The position numbers and the translations under genes are program-made. Below the pieces are notes generated by a model that made no database searches, had not been told where the DNA came from, and saw nothing but the letters and a program-made list of their open reading frames with translations. Of a stretch of 64,000 nucleotides of DNA, positions 8,852-16,087 are shown piece by piece. How positions within the stretch are numbered: the first letter of the stretch is position 1; each line of letters opens with the position of its first letter. The stretch spans positions 2,552 through 66,551 of IMG/VR virus record IMGVR_UViG_3300046558_000178; one strand, written 5' to 3'. The stretch comes from a virus.

Positions 8852-8907
8852 GAGGCCCGGTCACCGCTGCGCAGTGACCGGGAACCAGTGACCTGGGACC
8901 AGAGACC
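8852..8907 (-). other. Post-VR1 heptamer tract and hairpin (DGR target-recognition element)
   Basis: CCCGGTCACTGC-GCA-GCGGTGACCGGG stem-loop at 8856-8882. Confidence 0.8.
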
Positions 8908-9677
8908 TACAGGGGTTTGGTGCAGCGGAAGCCGACAAGGTCGTAGGCGTAGGACGGAGACGCGTGGTCGAGCCTGAACACGCCGGCGTAGTCGCCGTCG
9001 CCCCAGTAGCCGCCGCGGATGAGCGCAGTGCCGGACCAGTTGGCGCCGGCACGAGGCCGCCAGCCCATGCCACGTTCCATGGACGCATACGGCGCCGTGG
9101 CGATCGACGGCGAGTCGGCGGCAAAGGCCTGCGAGATCAGGCCATTGGCGTCGCCCTGGACGTCATCGAAGACCCAGGTAAAGGCGTTGCCTGCAGCGTC
9201 CACCACGGTCTGGTCGTCATCCAGGTAGAAGGCGCGGCGCTCGGAAGGGTCACGTGAAACGAAATCGCCGGCGTACGGTTCATCAACGTCGTCCAGGTCG
9301 AGGCGCAGGCCTTGGAACATGCTGCCCTCGCCGACGATTCCACTGACCCAGTTCGCCCGCTGCAGGAACAAGTTGAACGCCAGCGACAGCGCCTGGGTCT
9401 CGGTGATCAGCGCGAAGCCGGCATCGGCGCAGGCCTGGCGCGCATCGGAGTAGTTGATATCGACCCAGGGCTTGCCGGTGGCGCTTACAACAGCTTTGCC
9501 GTCTGCACCCTCCGAGCACAGGTACTGGCCGGCTTGGAAGGCTGGTACGACAATGCTCGGGCGCGTAACCACGCCTCCGACAATCACGCACGGCAGCGTG
9601 GTTTCGGGCACGGTGACGAACAGGTTTTTCTCGATTTCCGCTACTGCGTGCTGCTCGGTATGGGTTGCTGTGTTCAT
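8907..9677 (-). CDS. DGR target 1, CLec/FGE-sulfatase-fold protein
   Basis: PWVDINYSDARQAC, AGNAFTW, LIRGGYW...VGFRC; VR at C-terminus. Confidence 0.92.
   Translation of the reverse strand: MNTATHTEQHAVAEIEKNLFVTVPETTLPCVIVGGVVTRPSIVVPAFQAGQYLCSEGADGKAVVSATGKPWVDINYSDARQACADAGFALITETQALSLAFNLFLQRANWVSGIVGEGSMFQGLRLDLDDVDEPYAGDFVSRDPSERRAFYLDDDQTVVDAAGNAFTWVFDDVQGDANGLISQAFAADSPSIATAPYASMERGMGWRPRAGANWSGTALIRGGYWGDGDYAGVFRLDHASPSYAYDLVGFRCTKPL
8922..9038 (-). repeat. Variable repeat VR1
   Basis: 12 internal differences from TR (plus one at each edge), all at TR adenines. Confidence 0.95.
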
Positions 9678-9770
9678 GATGCTCCTTGGATGGGTGTAAG
9701 GACTTCAACTTGCTGCTGGATCGAACTGCGGGCGAGGATCAGGGCGGCTCGCCTGTGTAATTCACTCGAA

Positions 9771-9974
9771 TCATTTCGGCTCCTTCGGCCTTGGCGCGCG
9801 CCGCGCGTCGGCCAGCATGCGGTCCGCGACAGCCTGCAGACGGTCGCGGTCTTCAACCGCCGATTCGTTGGCGCGAAAACTCTTGCTGGACCGCAGGCTG
9901 GACCTCGTTCGGCACTGGCGCACTGCAGCTCGATCCAGGCGTGCCAGTCGTTGTTCCTCGGTTTCGGTTTGCAT
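9771..9974 (-). CDS. Small basic hypothetical protein
   Basis: 67-aa ORF, GGAGG RBS. Confidence 0.5.
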   Translation of the reverse strand: MQTETEEQRLARLDRAAVRQCRTRSSLRSSKSFRANESAVEDRDRLQAVADRMLADARRAPRPKEPK

Positions 9975-10076
9975 GCGCCCTCCGCAGCAATTTGGCGGCC
10001 CGCGCCGTAGCGCTGGCCAATCGGATTGAATGGCTGAATGTGTGGCCGGCGCACCAAGTGCTCCAGGCCGAGCGGA

Positions 10077-10220
10077 TTACGGATGCCATGCCGCATTCAC
10101 TTCCTGCAGGGCGACCAGCACCTGCTGCTGCGCCTCGTCATCGCTGCGCGCGGCATCTACATAGAACAGCCCCAGCAGGCTAAAGGCGGCGAGGACGCGG
10201 ATCCATGGGCGCCAGCTCAT
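10077..10220 (-). CDS. Small TM/secreted protein
   Basis: MSWRPWIRVLAAFSLLGLFYV; ATGA coupling. Confidence 0.45.
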   Translation of the reverse strand: MSWRPWIRVLAAFSLLGLFYVDAARSDDEAQQQVLVALQEVNAAWHP

Positions 10221-10360
10221 GGCAGACTCGCGATGGCGGCGCCGACCACATCGGCCAGCCATTCAGCCAGCGCGAGCAGCAGCATCACGGCCGTGATCAG
10301 GACGCTGCCGTTGCGCTCGCACCAGCCGCCGCGCGCTCCGAACACGATCCGCGCGCTCAC
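10217..10360 (-). CDS. Small membrane protein (not in ORF track)
   Basis: GTG start overlapping upstream stop; VLITAVMLLLALAEWLA hydrophobic stretch. Confidence 0.45.
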   Translation of the reverse strand: MSARIVFGARGGWCERNGSVLITAVMLLLALAEWLADVVGAAIASLP

Positions 10361-10590
10361 GACACAACTCCCGACCGGCCCGCCAACTGCATAGCGCCAC
10401 AGCGGAAGTAGTCATCCGCGCGGTGAGCGCCTGCAGGCATTTGCTCCGGCGCGTCCAGGCTACCGTCGTTCAGGACGGATTCGAGTCCGCTGTCCTGGTA
10501 GCGGAAGTGCAGCTGGTCGCTTACACGCAACCGGGAGTTCCTTCCACCGGTGGCGAGGCGCAGCTTTGAAGCGTGGTTTGCGTGCATCAC
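10357..10590 (-). CDS. Hypothetical protein
   Basis: 77-aa ORF with AGGAG RBS. Confidence 0.55.
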   Translation of the reverse strand: MMHANHASKLRLATGGRNSRLRVSDQLHFRYQDSGLESVLNDGSLDAPEQMPAGAHRADDYFRCGAMQLAGRSGVVS

Positions 10591-10602
10591 GATCTCCTGG
10601 TG

Positions 10603-10752
10603 CTAACGTGAGCGAACATTGGGCGTGCCGATCAGGCCCCAGCCGAGCTGGCGGCGAACTTCTTCAGGCGCTGGTGGCGGCAGGCGGGACAGTAAGCGCT
10701 GCTTTGTCCAGATGCGGACTTGCTCTTTGGTTGGGTGATTAACTGTTGCCAT
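10603..10752 (-). CDS. 49-aa protein with PPP-x-EEVRRQLGW motif
   Basis: MATVNHPTKEQVRIW...LPPPAPEEVRRQLGWGL; GGAG RBS; paralog at 26032. Confidence 0.7.
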   Translation of the reverse strand: MATVNHPTKEQVRIWTKQRLLSRLPPPAPEEVRRQLGWGLIGTPNVRSR

Positions 10753-10769
10753 GACTATCTCCAAGGAAT

Positions 10770-10818
10770 GGCCGCCGCTGCGCGGTGGCCGGTTACCCGT
10801 GACCTGGGGCCAGAGACC
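10770..10818 (-). other. Post-VR2 heptamer tract and hairpin
   Basis: GGCCACCGC-GCA-GCGGCGGCC at 10770-10790, same spacing from stop codon as at VR1. Confidence 0.75.
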
Positions 10819-11729
10819 TACAGGGTTTTGGTGCAGCGGAAGCCGACAAAGTCGACGGCGTAGGACGGAGTCGCGTAGCCGAGCCTGAACACGCCGGCGA
10901 CGTCGCCGTCGTTCCAGTAGCCGCCGCGGATGAGCGCACCGCCGGACCAGTCGCGGGCCCCGTCAGGGCGCCAGCCCATGCCGAACTGGCCAGAGGCGTA
11001 TGGGGCGACGATCAGGGATGGGGAGTCGTCAGCGAGGCGCGTGCACAGGCCATTGCTGTCGCCCTGGACGTCGTCGGAGGTCCAGGTGTAGATGTTGCCG
11101 GCTAGGCCGTAGACCTTTTCGCCGTTGGTCAGCACGTGCCAGCTGCGTTCTTCGGGATCATCACTCACGTAGTCAGCCGTCTGTGCGCTGCGCACCGTGC
11201 CCTTGTGCAGCCCCTGGAAGACCTTGCCGATGCCGACGGCGCCACCGGTCCAGTTTTCGGCCTGCTGGACTACATGCAGACGGATGGCAAGCTCCTGTGA
11301 CTCGCGCGCCAGCTCGTAGCCGACCGCCGAGCACGCAGCTGCTGCAGCGTTGAAGTTCACGTTCACCCATGGCTTCGCCGAGGCGCTCAGCTGGAGCGCA
11401 CCGTTATCGTCTTTCGACGCGGGGTACTTGGCGTATTTGAAGGCGGGAACGATGCGACCATTCGGCAGCAACGTCTCAGGCACGGTGACGAAGTGCTCGT
11501 CGGAGACCAGGCCCAGGTTGGACATCAGCGAGGGCGATCCGGACACGACGCGCTTCTCGGCGTCGAGAACGATCAGATGCAGGCCGGATGTGGCATGGCG
11601 GAACTTGGTGAAGCCCTCCCAGGCGCTTTCCACGGCCAGGCCGGTGATATTGCGGTCGTTCAGGCGCGCAGTGAAGGTGCGCTCCTCGATCAGTTCCAGT
11701 GCTGCAGGTTGGTTCATCGCTGTCTCCAT
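10818..11729 (-). CDS. DGR target 2, CLec/FGE-sulfatase-fold protein with extra N-terminal domain; first gene after pL
   Basis: Paralog of target 1 (FVTVPET, KPWV, FQGL, LAGNIYTW, LIRGGYW...VGFRC). Confidence 0.92.
   Translation of the reverse strand: METAMNQPAALELIEERTFTARLNDRNITGLAVESAWEGFTKFRHATSGLHLIVLDAEKRVVSGSPSLMSNLGLVSDEHFVTVPETLLPNGRIVPAFKYAKYPASKDDNGALQLSASAKPWVNVNFNAAAAACSAVGYELARESQELAIRLHVVQQAENWTGGAVGIGKVFQGLHKGTVRSAQTADYVSDDPEERSWHVLTNGEKVYGLAGNIYTWTSDDVQGDSNGLCTRLADDSPSLIVAPYASGQFGMGWRPDGARDWSGGALIRGGYWNDGDVAGVFRLGYATPSYAVDFVGFRCTKTL
10833..10949 (-). repeat. Variable repeat VR2
   Basis: 13 internal differences from TR (plus one at each edge), all at TR adenines. Confidence 0.95.
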
Positions 11730-11753
11730 CGGGTGATTGCTGCGTCGATGAAG

Positions 11754-11800
11754 ATATTAAACACCATGTTTAAAACTAATGCAAACACTATGTTTAAAAA
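11754..11800 (-). promoter_or_regulatory. pL/oL: two AAACA-N3-TGTTT operators overlapping TTGCAT-17-TTTAAT
   Basis: AAACACCATGTTT 11759-11771 and AAACACTATGTTT 11783-11795; near copy at oR. Confidence 0.8.
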
Positions 11801-11835
11801 GATGCGATTTTTTGCAAAACCGGGGCAGTGAGGCG

Positions 11836-11860
11836 AAAAAAAAGCCCGCGCGAGGCGGGC
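11836..11860 (-). terminator. Intrinsic terminator of cI transcript
   Basis: GCCCGC-CTCGC-GCGGGC followed by T8 on minus strand. Confidence 0.8.
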
Positions 11861-11923
11861 GTGGCACGGGGTGACGAATTAAGGCGACGCCAGCCGGTGG
11901 GAGGTAAGTTGTCTGCGCGTCAT

Positions 11924-12175
11924 CTATTGCGGCCCGGCGCTCCGAGCTGCCAGTATGCCGCGGTCAAACGCGCTGGAAGTTTGCGGCTCTGATTCTATGA
12001 ATGACCGCTCCGTAGGATCGGCTTTATTCCAATAGGCCATGCCCGCCTGGAAATGTGCTTCTTGTCGCGCGGCATGCCATTTCGAAAAAAATGAAAGCGG
12101 CTTAGTGGATGGGCCGTCTGCGCAACTGGGTGAACTGAGATCGGGCCCGGCGTTTATGTTGAAAGCCTTCTTCAT
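11924..12175 (-). CDS. Hypothetical immunity-region protein
   Basis: 83-aa ORF with GAGG RBS between cI and terminator. Confidence 0.55.
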   Translation of the reverse strand: MKKAFNINAGPDLSSPSCADGPSTKPLSFFSKWHAARQEAHFQAGMAYWNKADPTERSFIESEPQTSSAFDRGILAARSAGPQ

Positions 12176-12253
12176 GACGTGCCCTCAAATAGTAATAGAT
12201 GAGCTAACATATTAATGGACAATTGTTACTGGAAAACTATCCAATTGTTGCAC

Positions 12254-12964
12254 TCATATACGATCTGATTCCTTGCGGACTACGCGGCCGACGATGATGC
12301 ATTCTCCATTGCGGCACCGCTTGCGTGAGTACATGCGCTGGTCGGAGTTATCCGAAACCAGCCACCAGTCTCCCTGGTCGCGTACCAGGCGCTTGATCAC
12401 CGCCTCGCCCTCATAGTTGAACGCGTACACGGCGCCATCCTCCATACGCGTGTCAGCCGTGTTCACGATGACATGGTCGCCCTCGTAGAGGTTCGGCTCC
12501 ATGCTTTCGCCTCTCACCGATAGGGCGATGAGCTTCGCAGGGTAGTAGCCGTTACGGTCCACCCAGTACTTCGGCACGCTTTGCCGGCCGCCCTCGCGGT
12601 TATCAGGGGAGGTTTGGAATCCGGTGATGCCGGCTTGCAGCTGCAGCTTCACTTTCTGGATTTGATAGAAACCAGGGTCGCCATCTTCCGCGACCACCAC
12701 GGGGATGTAGTTGGCCAAGCCTGGCCCGACCATGTCGCCCACGCCATCGCGAAGCCAGATGGCATTGCACCCGATCACCTCCTGCGCGCTGAGCAACCCA
12801 TCGCTGGAGATGCCGCGCACCTCCCAGTTGTTCACCGTCTGCGGAGACACATTTAACAATTTGGCGACCGCACTTTGTCCTTCTGCATGGCGCAGCTCGG
12901 CAGCGGCCTGATAGAGGCGCGTCATTTGTGGGTGCATACCAACCCCATTCTCAGTATTTTTCAT
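12254..12964 (-). CDS. cI: CI-like repressor (HTH + S24 peptidase)
   Basis: QSAVAKLLNVSPQTVNNW HTH; VRGESMEP and VIKRL catalytic motifs; start codon approximate. Confidence 0.92.
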   Translation of the reverse strand: MKNTENGVGMHPQMTRLYQAAAELRHAEGQSAVAKLLNVSPQTVNNWEVRGISSDGLLSAQEVIGCNAIWLRDGVGDMVGPGLANYIPVVVAEDGDPGFYQIQKVKLQLQAGITGFQTSPDNREGGRQSVPKYWVDRNGYYPAKLIALSVRGESMEPNLYEGDHVIVNTADTRMEDGAVYAFNYEGEAVIKRLVRDQGDWWLVSDNSDQRMYSRKRCRNGECIIVGRVVRKESDRI

Positions 12965-12985
12965 AGCCTCAATGATCCCTGAACT

Positions 12986-13040
12986 AAACAAAATGTTGTT
13001 AAACATAGTGTTTGCGTTTTTCTTAAACATGGTGTGTAAT
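12986..13040 (+). promoter_or_regulatory. pR/oR: three AAACA-N3-TGTTT-like operators, TTGCGT-17-TGTAAT
   Basis: Sites at 12986-12998, 13001-13013, 13025-13037 between divergent cI and cro. Confidence 0.8.
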
Positions 13041-13046
13041 GTGGAT

Positions 13047-13289
13047 ATGGACGAGAAAAACCAAATTCAGGCCGACAAGGAGCTTATCGAGTCTTTGGGC
13101 GGACCTACCAGGCTGGCCGAGCTGCTCGGCTTCGACAAGGCAAAGGGCGGCGTGCAGCGCGTCCAAAACTGGATGACACGCGGCATTCCTGCGAGGGAAA
13201 AGCTGGCGCGGCCGGAGATTTTTCTTCAGCAGTTGGGCCGCGCCGGGCCAGGCACAGCCGACGTCGCCCCGGCCACCGTGGCCGACTAA
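13047..13289 (+). CDS. cro: Cro-like repressor
   Basis: LGGPTRLAELLG...VQRVQNWMTRGIP; divergent from cI. Confidence 0.85.
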   Translation: MDEKNQIQADKELIESLGGPTRLAELLGFDKAKGGVQRVQNWMTRGIPAREKLARPEIFLQQLGRAGPGTADVAPATVAD

Positions 13290-13355
13290 CCGAATTCACA
13301 AGCGCATCACCCGTTTCACCTGAACGCCTGCAACCCCACCCTTAGGAGAACCAGC

Positions 13356-13628
13356 ATGAAGACGAGTAGCAAAGCCCCGCGCAATGTCGTTGTTAAAGCC
13401 CTTCTTAACCCGGACGAGTTCTTGGATTTTCGTAATGCGTGTGCTGAATCCGATGTTTCGCATAGCAAGGCGCTCCGTGAGTTGGTGAGGGGCTTTGTTG
13501 CCCGCTGTAGGAATAGTAGTGGACCTCCTGCCAAGAAGGAATGGCCAAGTGCTGGCCAGAACATGGCCATGTTGATCACCGCGCGCCGGAGCTTGTTTGG
13601 CCCGCAGATGATCCCCCAACGTCTTTGA
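13356..13628 (+). CDS. Putative ribbon-helix-helix regulator in cII position
   Basis: VVVKALLNPDEF...SHSKALRELVR; AGGAG RBS. Confidence 0.6.
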   Translation: MKTSSKAPRNVVVKALLNPDEFLDFRNACAESDVSHSKALRELVRGFVARCRNSSGPPAKKEWPSAGQNMAMLITARRSLFGPQMIPQRL

Positions 13629-13698
13629 CGGCCGCCTGTGCTACCGCGTCGGCACGGACGGGACCGTGCAACAGGAATGATTTTTAACGGAGTAACTG

Positions 13699-14073
13699 AT
13701 GAAAAACATAGTGAACTGGACCCAATACATCGCCGTGCAGGTCGTGTTCTTTGCCTGCTTGTACGCGTGGAAGGTTGATCACATTGAAGGCGCGGGCGAC
13801 GTGCTGCAGAGCTTGCTGTGGGTGCTTGCCTTCGCGGGCATCGCGCTGGGGTTCTCGGATCCGCGCGGGGAAATCCAGCCGCGAAGCCATCTGCGGGGGA
13901 TTGTTGGCACCGTCAATTCCACCGTGCTGCTGACCATCCTCACCTGGTACGGCCATTTCATCCTCGTCATTTTCTACGCGCTGGGCCTGCTTGGCGCGAA
14001 GGTCTACCGCGACCAGTTCGGTGCCGACGGCAAGCCGCTGCCGGTCGCCACGCCGGCGCACGCCGAATCGTAG
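13699..14073 (+). CDS. Multi-pass membrane protein
   Basis: Three to four hydrophobic segments; GGAG RBS. Confidence 0.7.
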   Translation: MKNIVNWTQYIAVQVVFFACLYAWKVDHIEGAGDVLQSLLWVLAFAGIALGFSDPRGEIQPRSHLRGIVGTVNSTVLLTILTWYGHFILVIFYALGLLGAKVYRDQFGADGKPLPVATPAHAES

Positions 14074-14304
14074 CAACTCTCAATTTCACAACCACCAAGG
14101 AGAACCCCATGGAGACACCGCCATGAGCGAGCAGCACGCGCCACAGGAGCAGGACACTGCAACGCTGCCAATCCAGCCAGGCCACGTCATGGCCCGCGAG
14201 CACTACGAGCGCCTGGCGCGTGAGGCCGCGCAGCAGCAGAAATGAAAAAGGGCCGGCATGCAGGCCGGCCCAGTCTGAAACAGTAACCAGAGAGGTCACC
14301 CACG

Positions 14305-14511
14305 ATGCTACCACAGCAGCCGACTCCAAGCCCCCGAGCCAGCACGCCAACTGAGCGAATTATCAAAAGCGTCTTCGATTGGCGCAACAAGGACAAGGAC
14401 GCCATCGCGGCGAAGGGTGACCGCGATGCGCAGCGTGCGGAGTACCGCGCGCGCAACGAAATGCGCGAGGCGGTTGATGTCGCGCAACGCAAACAGGGTG
14501 ACCAGCCATGA
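14305..14511 (+). CDS. Hypothetical protein
   Basis: GAGG RBS; ATGA-coupled to next gene. Confidence 0.6.
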   Translation: MLPQQPTPSPRASTPTERIIKSVFDWRNKDKDAIAAKGDRDAQRAEYRARNEMREAVDVAQRKQGDQP

Positions 14512-14873
14512 CGGGCCGCCCAAACCCAATTCCGCTGGAGCAGGCCCTCGATATGGTCGAAGCCTTCGTGCGTGCACGCCGGCAAGTGAGGTTGGCCGAT
14601 CTGGCTGCCGCCATGGACCTGGGCATCAGCACCGTTCGGCACTATGCACGCGAGCTGGAACTCGATGGCCGGCTGCACAAGGTCAAACCATTCGGCGTAG
14701 GCCTGCCGCGCAGCGCCGTATGGGCAGCAGGGCCGGCGCCATTTGTCGAAGAACCTGCCGAGCACGAGGCCGTCCACGTCATGGTGCAGAAATGGAAGGC
14801 TGGGCCGACGCGTACCAGCTGGCTGGAAGCGCATTTCTTCGGCCGCGTTGCTGCGCATGGAGCACGGGCATGA
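14508..14873 (+). CDS. Winged-HTH protein
   Basis: LADLAAAMDLGISTVRHYARELELDGRL. Confidence 0.7.
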   Translation: MTGRPNPIPLEQALDMVEAFVRARRQVRLADLAAAMDLGISTVRHYARELELDGRLHKVKPFGVGLPRSAVWAAGPAPFVEEPAEHEAVHVMVQKWKAGPTRTSWLEAHFFGRVAAHGARA

Positions 14874-15790
14874 AGGCCATTGACCTATTCTCCGGCGCGG
14901 GCGGATTCTCGACCGGCGCTCGCATGGCCGGAATCGACGTGGTGTGGGCAGCCAATCACTGGCCGGCCGCCGTCGCGATCCACTCGCAGAACCACCCTGG
15001 CGCCGCCCACCTGTGCCAGGACCTGCACCAGGCAAACTGGCTTGACGTGCCCGCGCACGACATCCTGCTGGCGTCACCCTGCTGCCAGGGTCACAGCAAG
15101 GCGCGCGGCAAGGCCAGCGGCAACCCGCAGCACGACGCCAGCCGGTCCACCGCATGGGCCGTCGTCTCGGCCGCCGAATACCACCGGCCCGCCTTCGCCG
15201 TCATCGAGAACGTGCCCGAGTTCACGCGCTGGGCGCTTTACCCGGCCTGGTGCGCGGCGATGGGTGCCCTAGGCTATGCGCTGACGCCCATGATCGTCGA
15301 CGCCGCCGACCACGGCGCGCCCCAGCATCGCGAACGCCTTTTCATCGTCGCGGTCCGAGCCAAGCATCCGCTGATGATTCACTTGGATAAGCGCGCGTAT
15401 GTCCCGGCCAGCAGCTTCATCGACTTCGGCGTCGGCAAGTGGTCGCTGGTCGACAAGCCGGGTCGCGCCGCCGCGACGCTGCGCCGGGTCCAGGCAGGCC
15501 GCCGCGCGCACGGGAATCGCTTCGTCATGCCGTACTACGGTGGCGGGTCCGGCCTGACGGGTCGCTGCCTAAGCAGGCCACTGGGCACGATCACCACCCG
15601 CGACCGTTGGGGTGTTGTCGACGGCGACCGCACGCGCATGCTCACCACTCAGGAGTGCCGCGCCGCGATGGGTTTCCCCGATGACTACATCCTGCCGGCG
15701 GCGCACCGCGATGCTGTTCACATGCTCGGTAACGCCGTTTGCCCGCCGCCCGCGCGGGACGTCATCACAGCTATGTTGGAGGCAGCATGA
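14870..15790 (+). CDS. C5 DNA cytosine methyltransferase
   Basis: DLFSGAGG, SPCCQGHS, ENVPEF, PQHRER, LGNAV motifs. Confidence 0.93.
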   Translation: MKAIDLFSGAGGFSTGARMAGIDVVWAANHWPAAVAIHSQNHPGAAHLCQDLHQANWLDVPAHDILLASPCCQGHSKARGKASGNPQHDASRSTAWAVVSAAEYHRPAFAVIENVPEFTRWALYPAWCAAMGALGYALTPMIVDAADHGAPQHRERLFIVAVRAKHPLMIHLDKRAYVPASSFIDFGVGKWSLVDKPGRAAATLRRVQAGRRAHGNRFVMPYYGGGSGLTGRCLSRPLGTITTRDRWGVVDGDRTRMLTTQECRAAMGFPDDYILPAAHRDAVHMLGNAVCPPPARDVITAMLEAA

Positions 15791-15960
15791 CCACCAATCC
15801 TTTGCAAGGCAACGTCCTCGCCGACAAGGTCATCGCCGCGGCGCTGTACAACATCGATGCGCACCTGGCGCGCCTACAGGCGAAGGCGGCCATCGCTGCT
15901 GCAGCCCAGGCCATGCCAATGGCTGATCGCCGGCCGCTGCTTGACGGGAGCGCACCATGA
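15787..15960 (+). CDS. Small hypothetical protein
   Basis: ATGA-coupled 57-aa ORF. Confidence 0.5.
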   Translation: MTTNPLQGNVLADKVIAAALYNIDAHLARLQAKAAIAAAAQAMPMADRRPLLDGSAP

Positions 15961-16087
15961 TCCAGCGCCATGCCATGCCCACCGGCGCCCCAATGATCAC
16001 CGCGCGCTGCATACACGCACATATGCAGTATGCCGCGAAACTCGAATTCGCGTTCCTGATGCTGAAGCTGGGCGTGAGGACGGTGGC

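Larger units (their letters stand above)
6680..11729 (-). mobile_element. Diversity-generating retroelement (target2 ... target1 - MutS/Avd accessory - TR - RT)
   Basis: DGR-type RT, adenine-rich TR, two VRs differing only at TR adenines, Avd-like gene, downstream hairpins. Confidence 0.96.

Noticed and set aside
8852-8907. CRISPR array or simple microsatellite
   Set aside because: Units are 7 nt, degenerate and spacer-less; no CRISPR array or cas genes seen in the window.
7833-10949. TR and VR2 offset by exactly 3000 bp
   Set aside because: No mechanism; VR1 offset is 1089 bp; treated as coincidence.
14417-14869. Long N-terminal extensions of the methyltransferase (and of the PAPS-like, SRAP and 38761 ORFs) in the track
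   Set aside because: They overlap upstream genes or regulatory DNA; internal ATGs with ATGA coupling or family-typical starts fit better.
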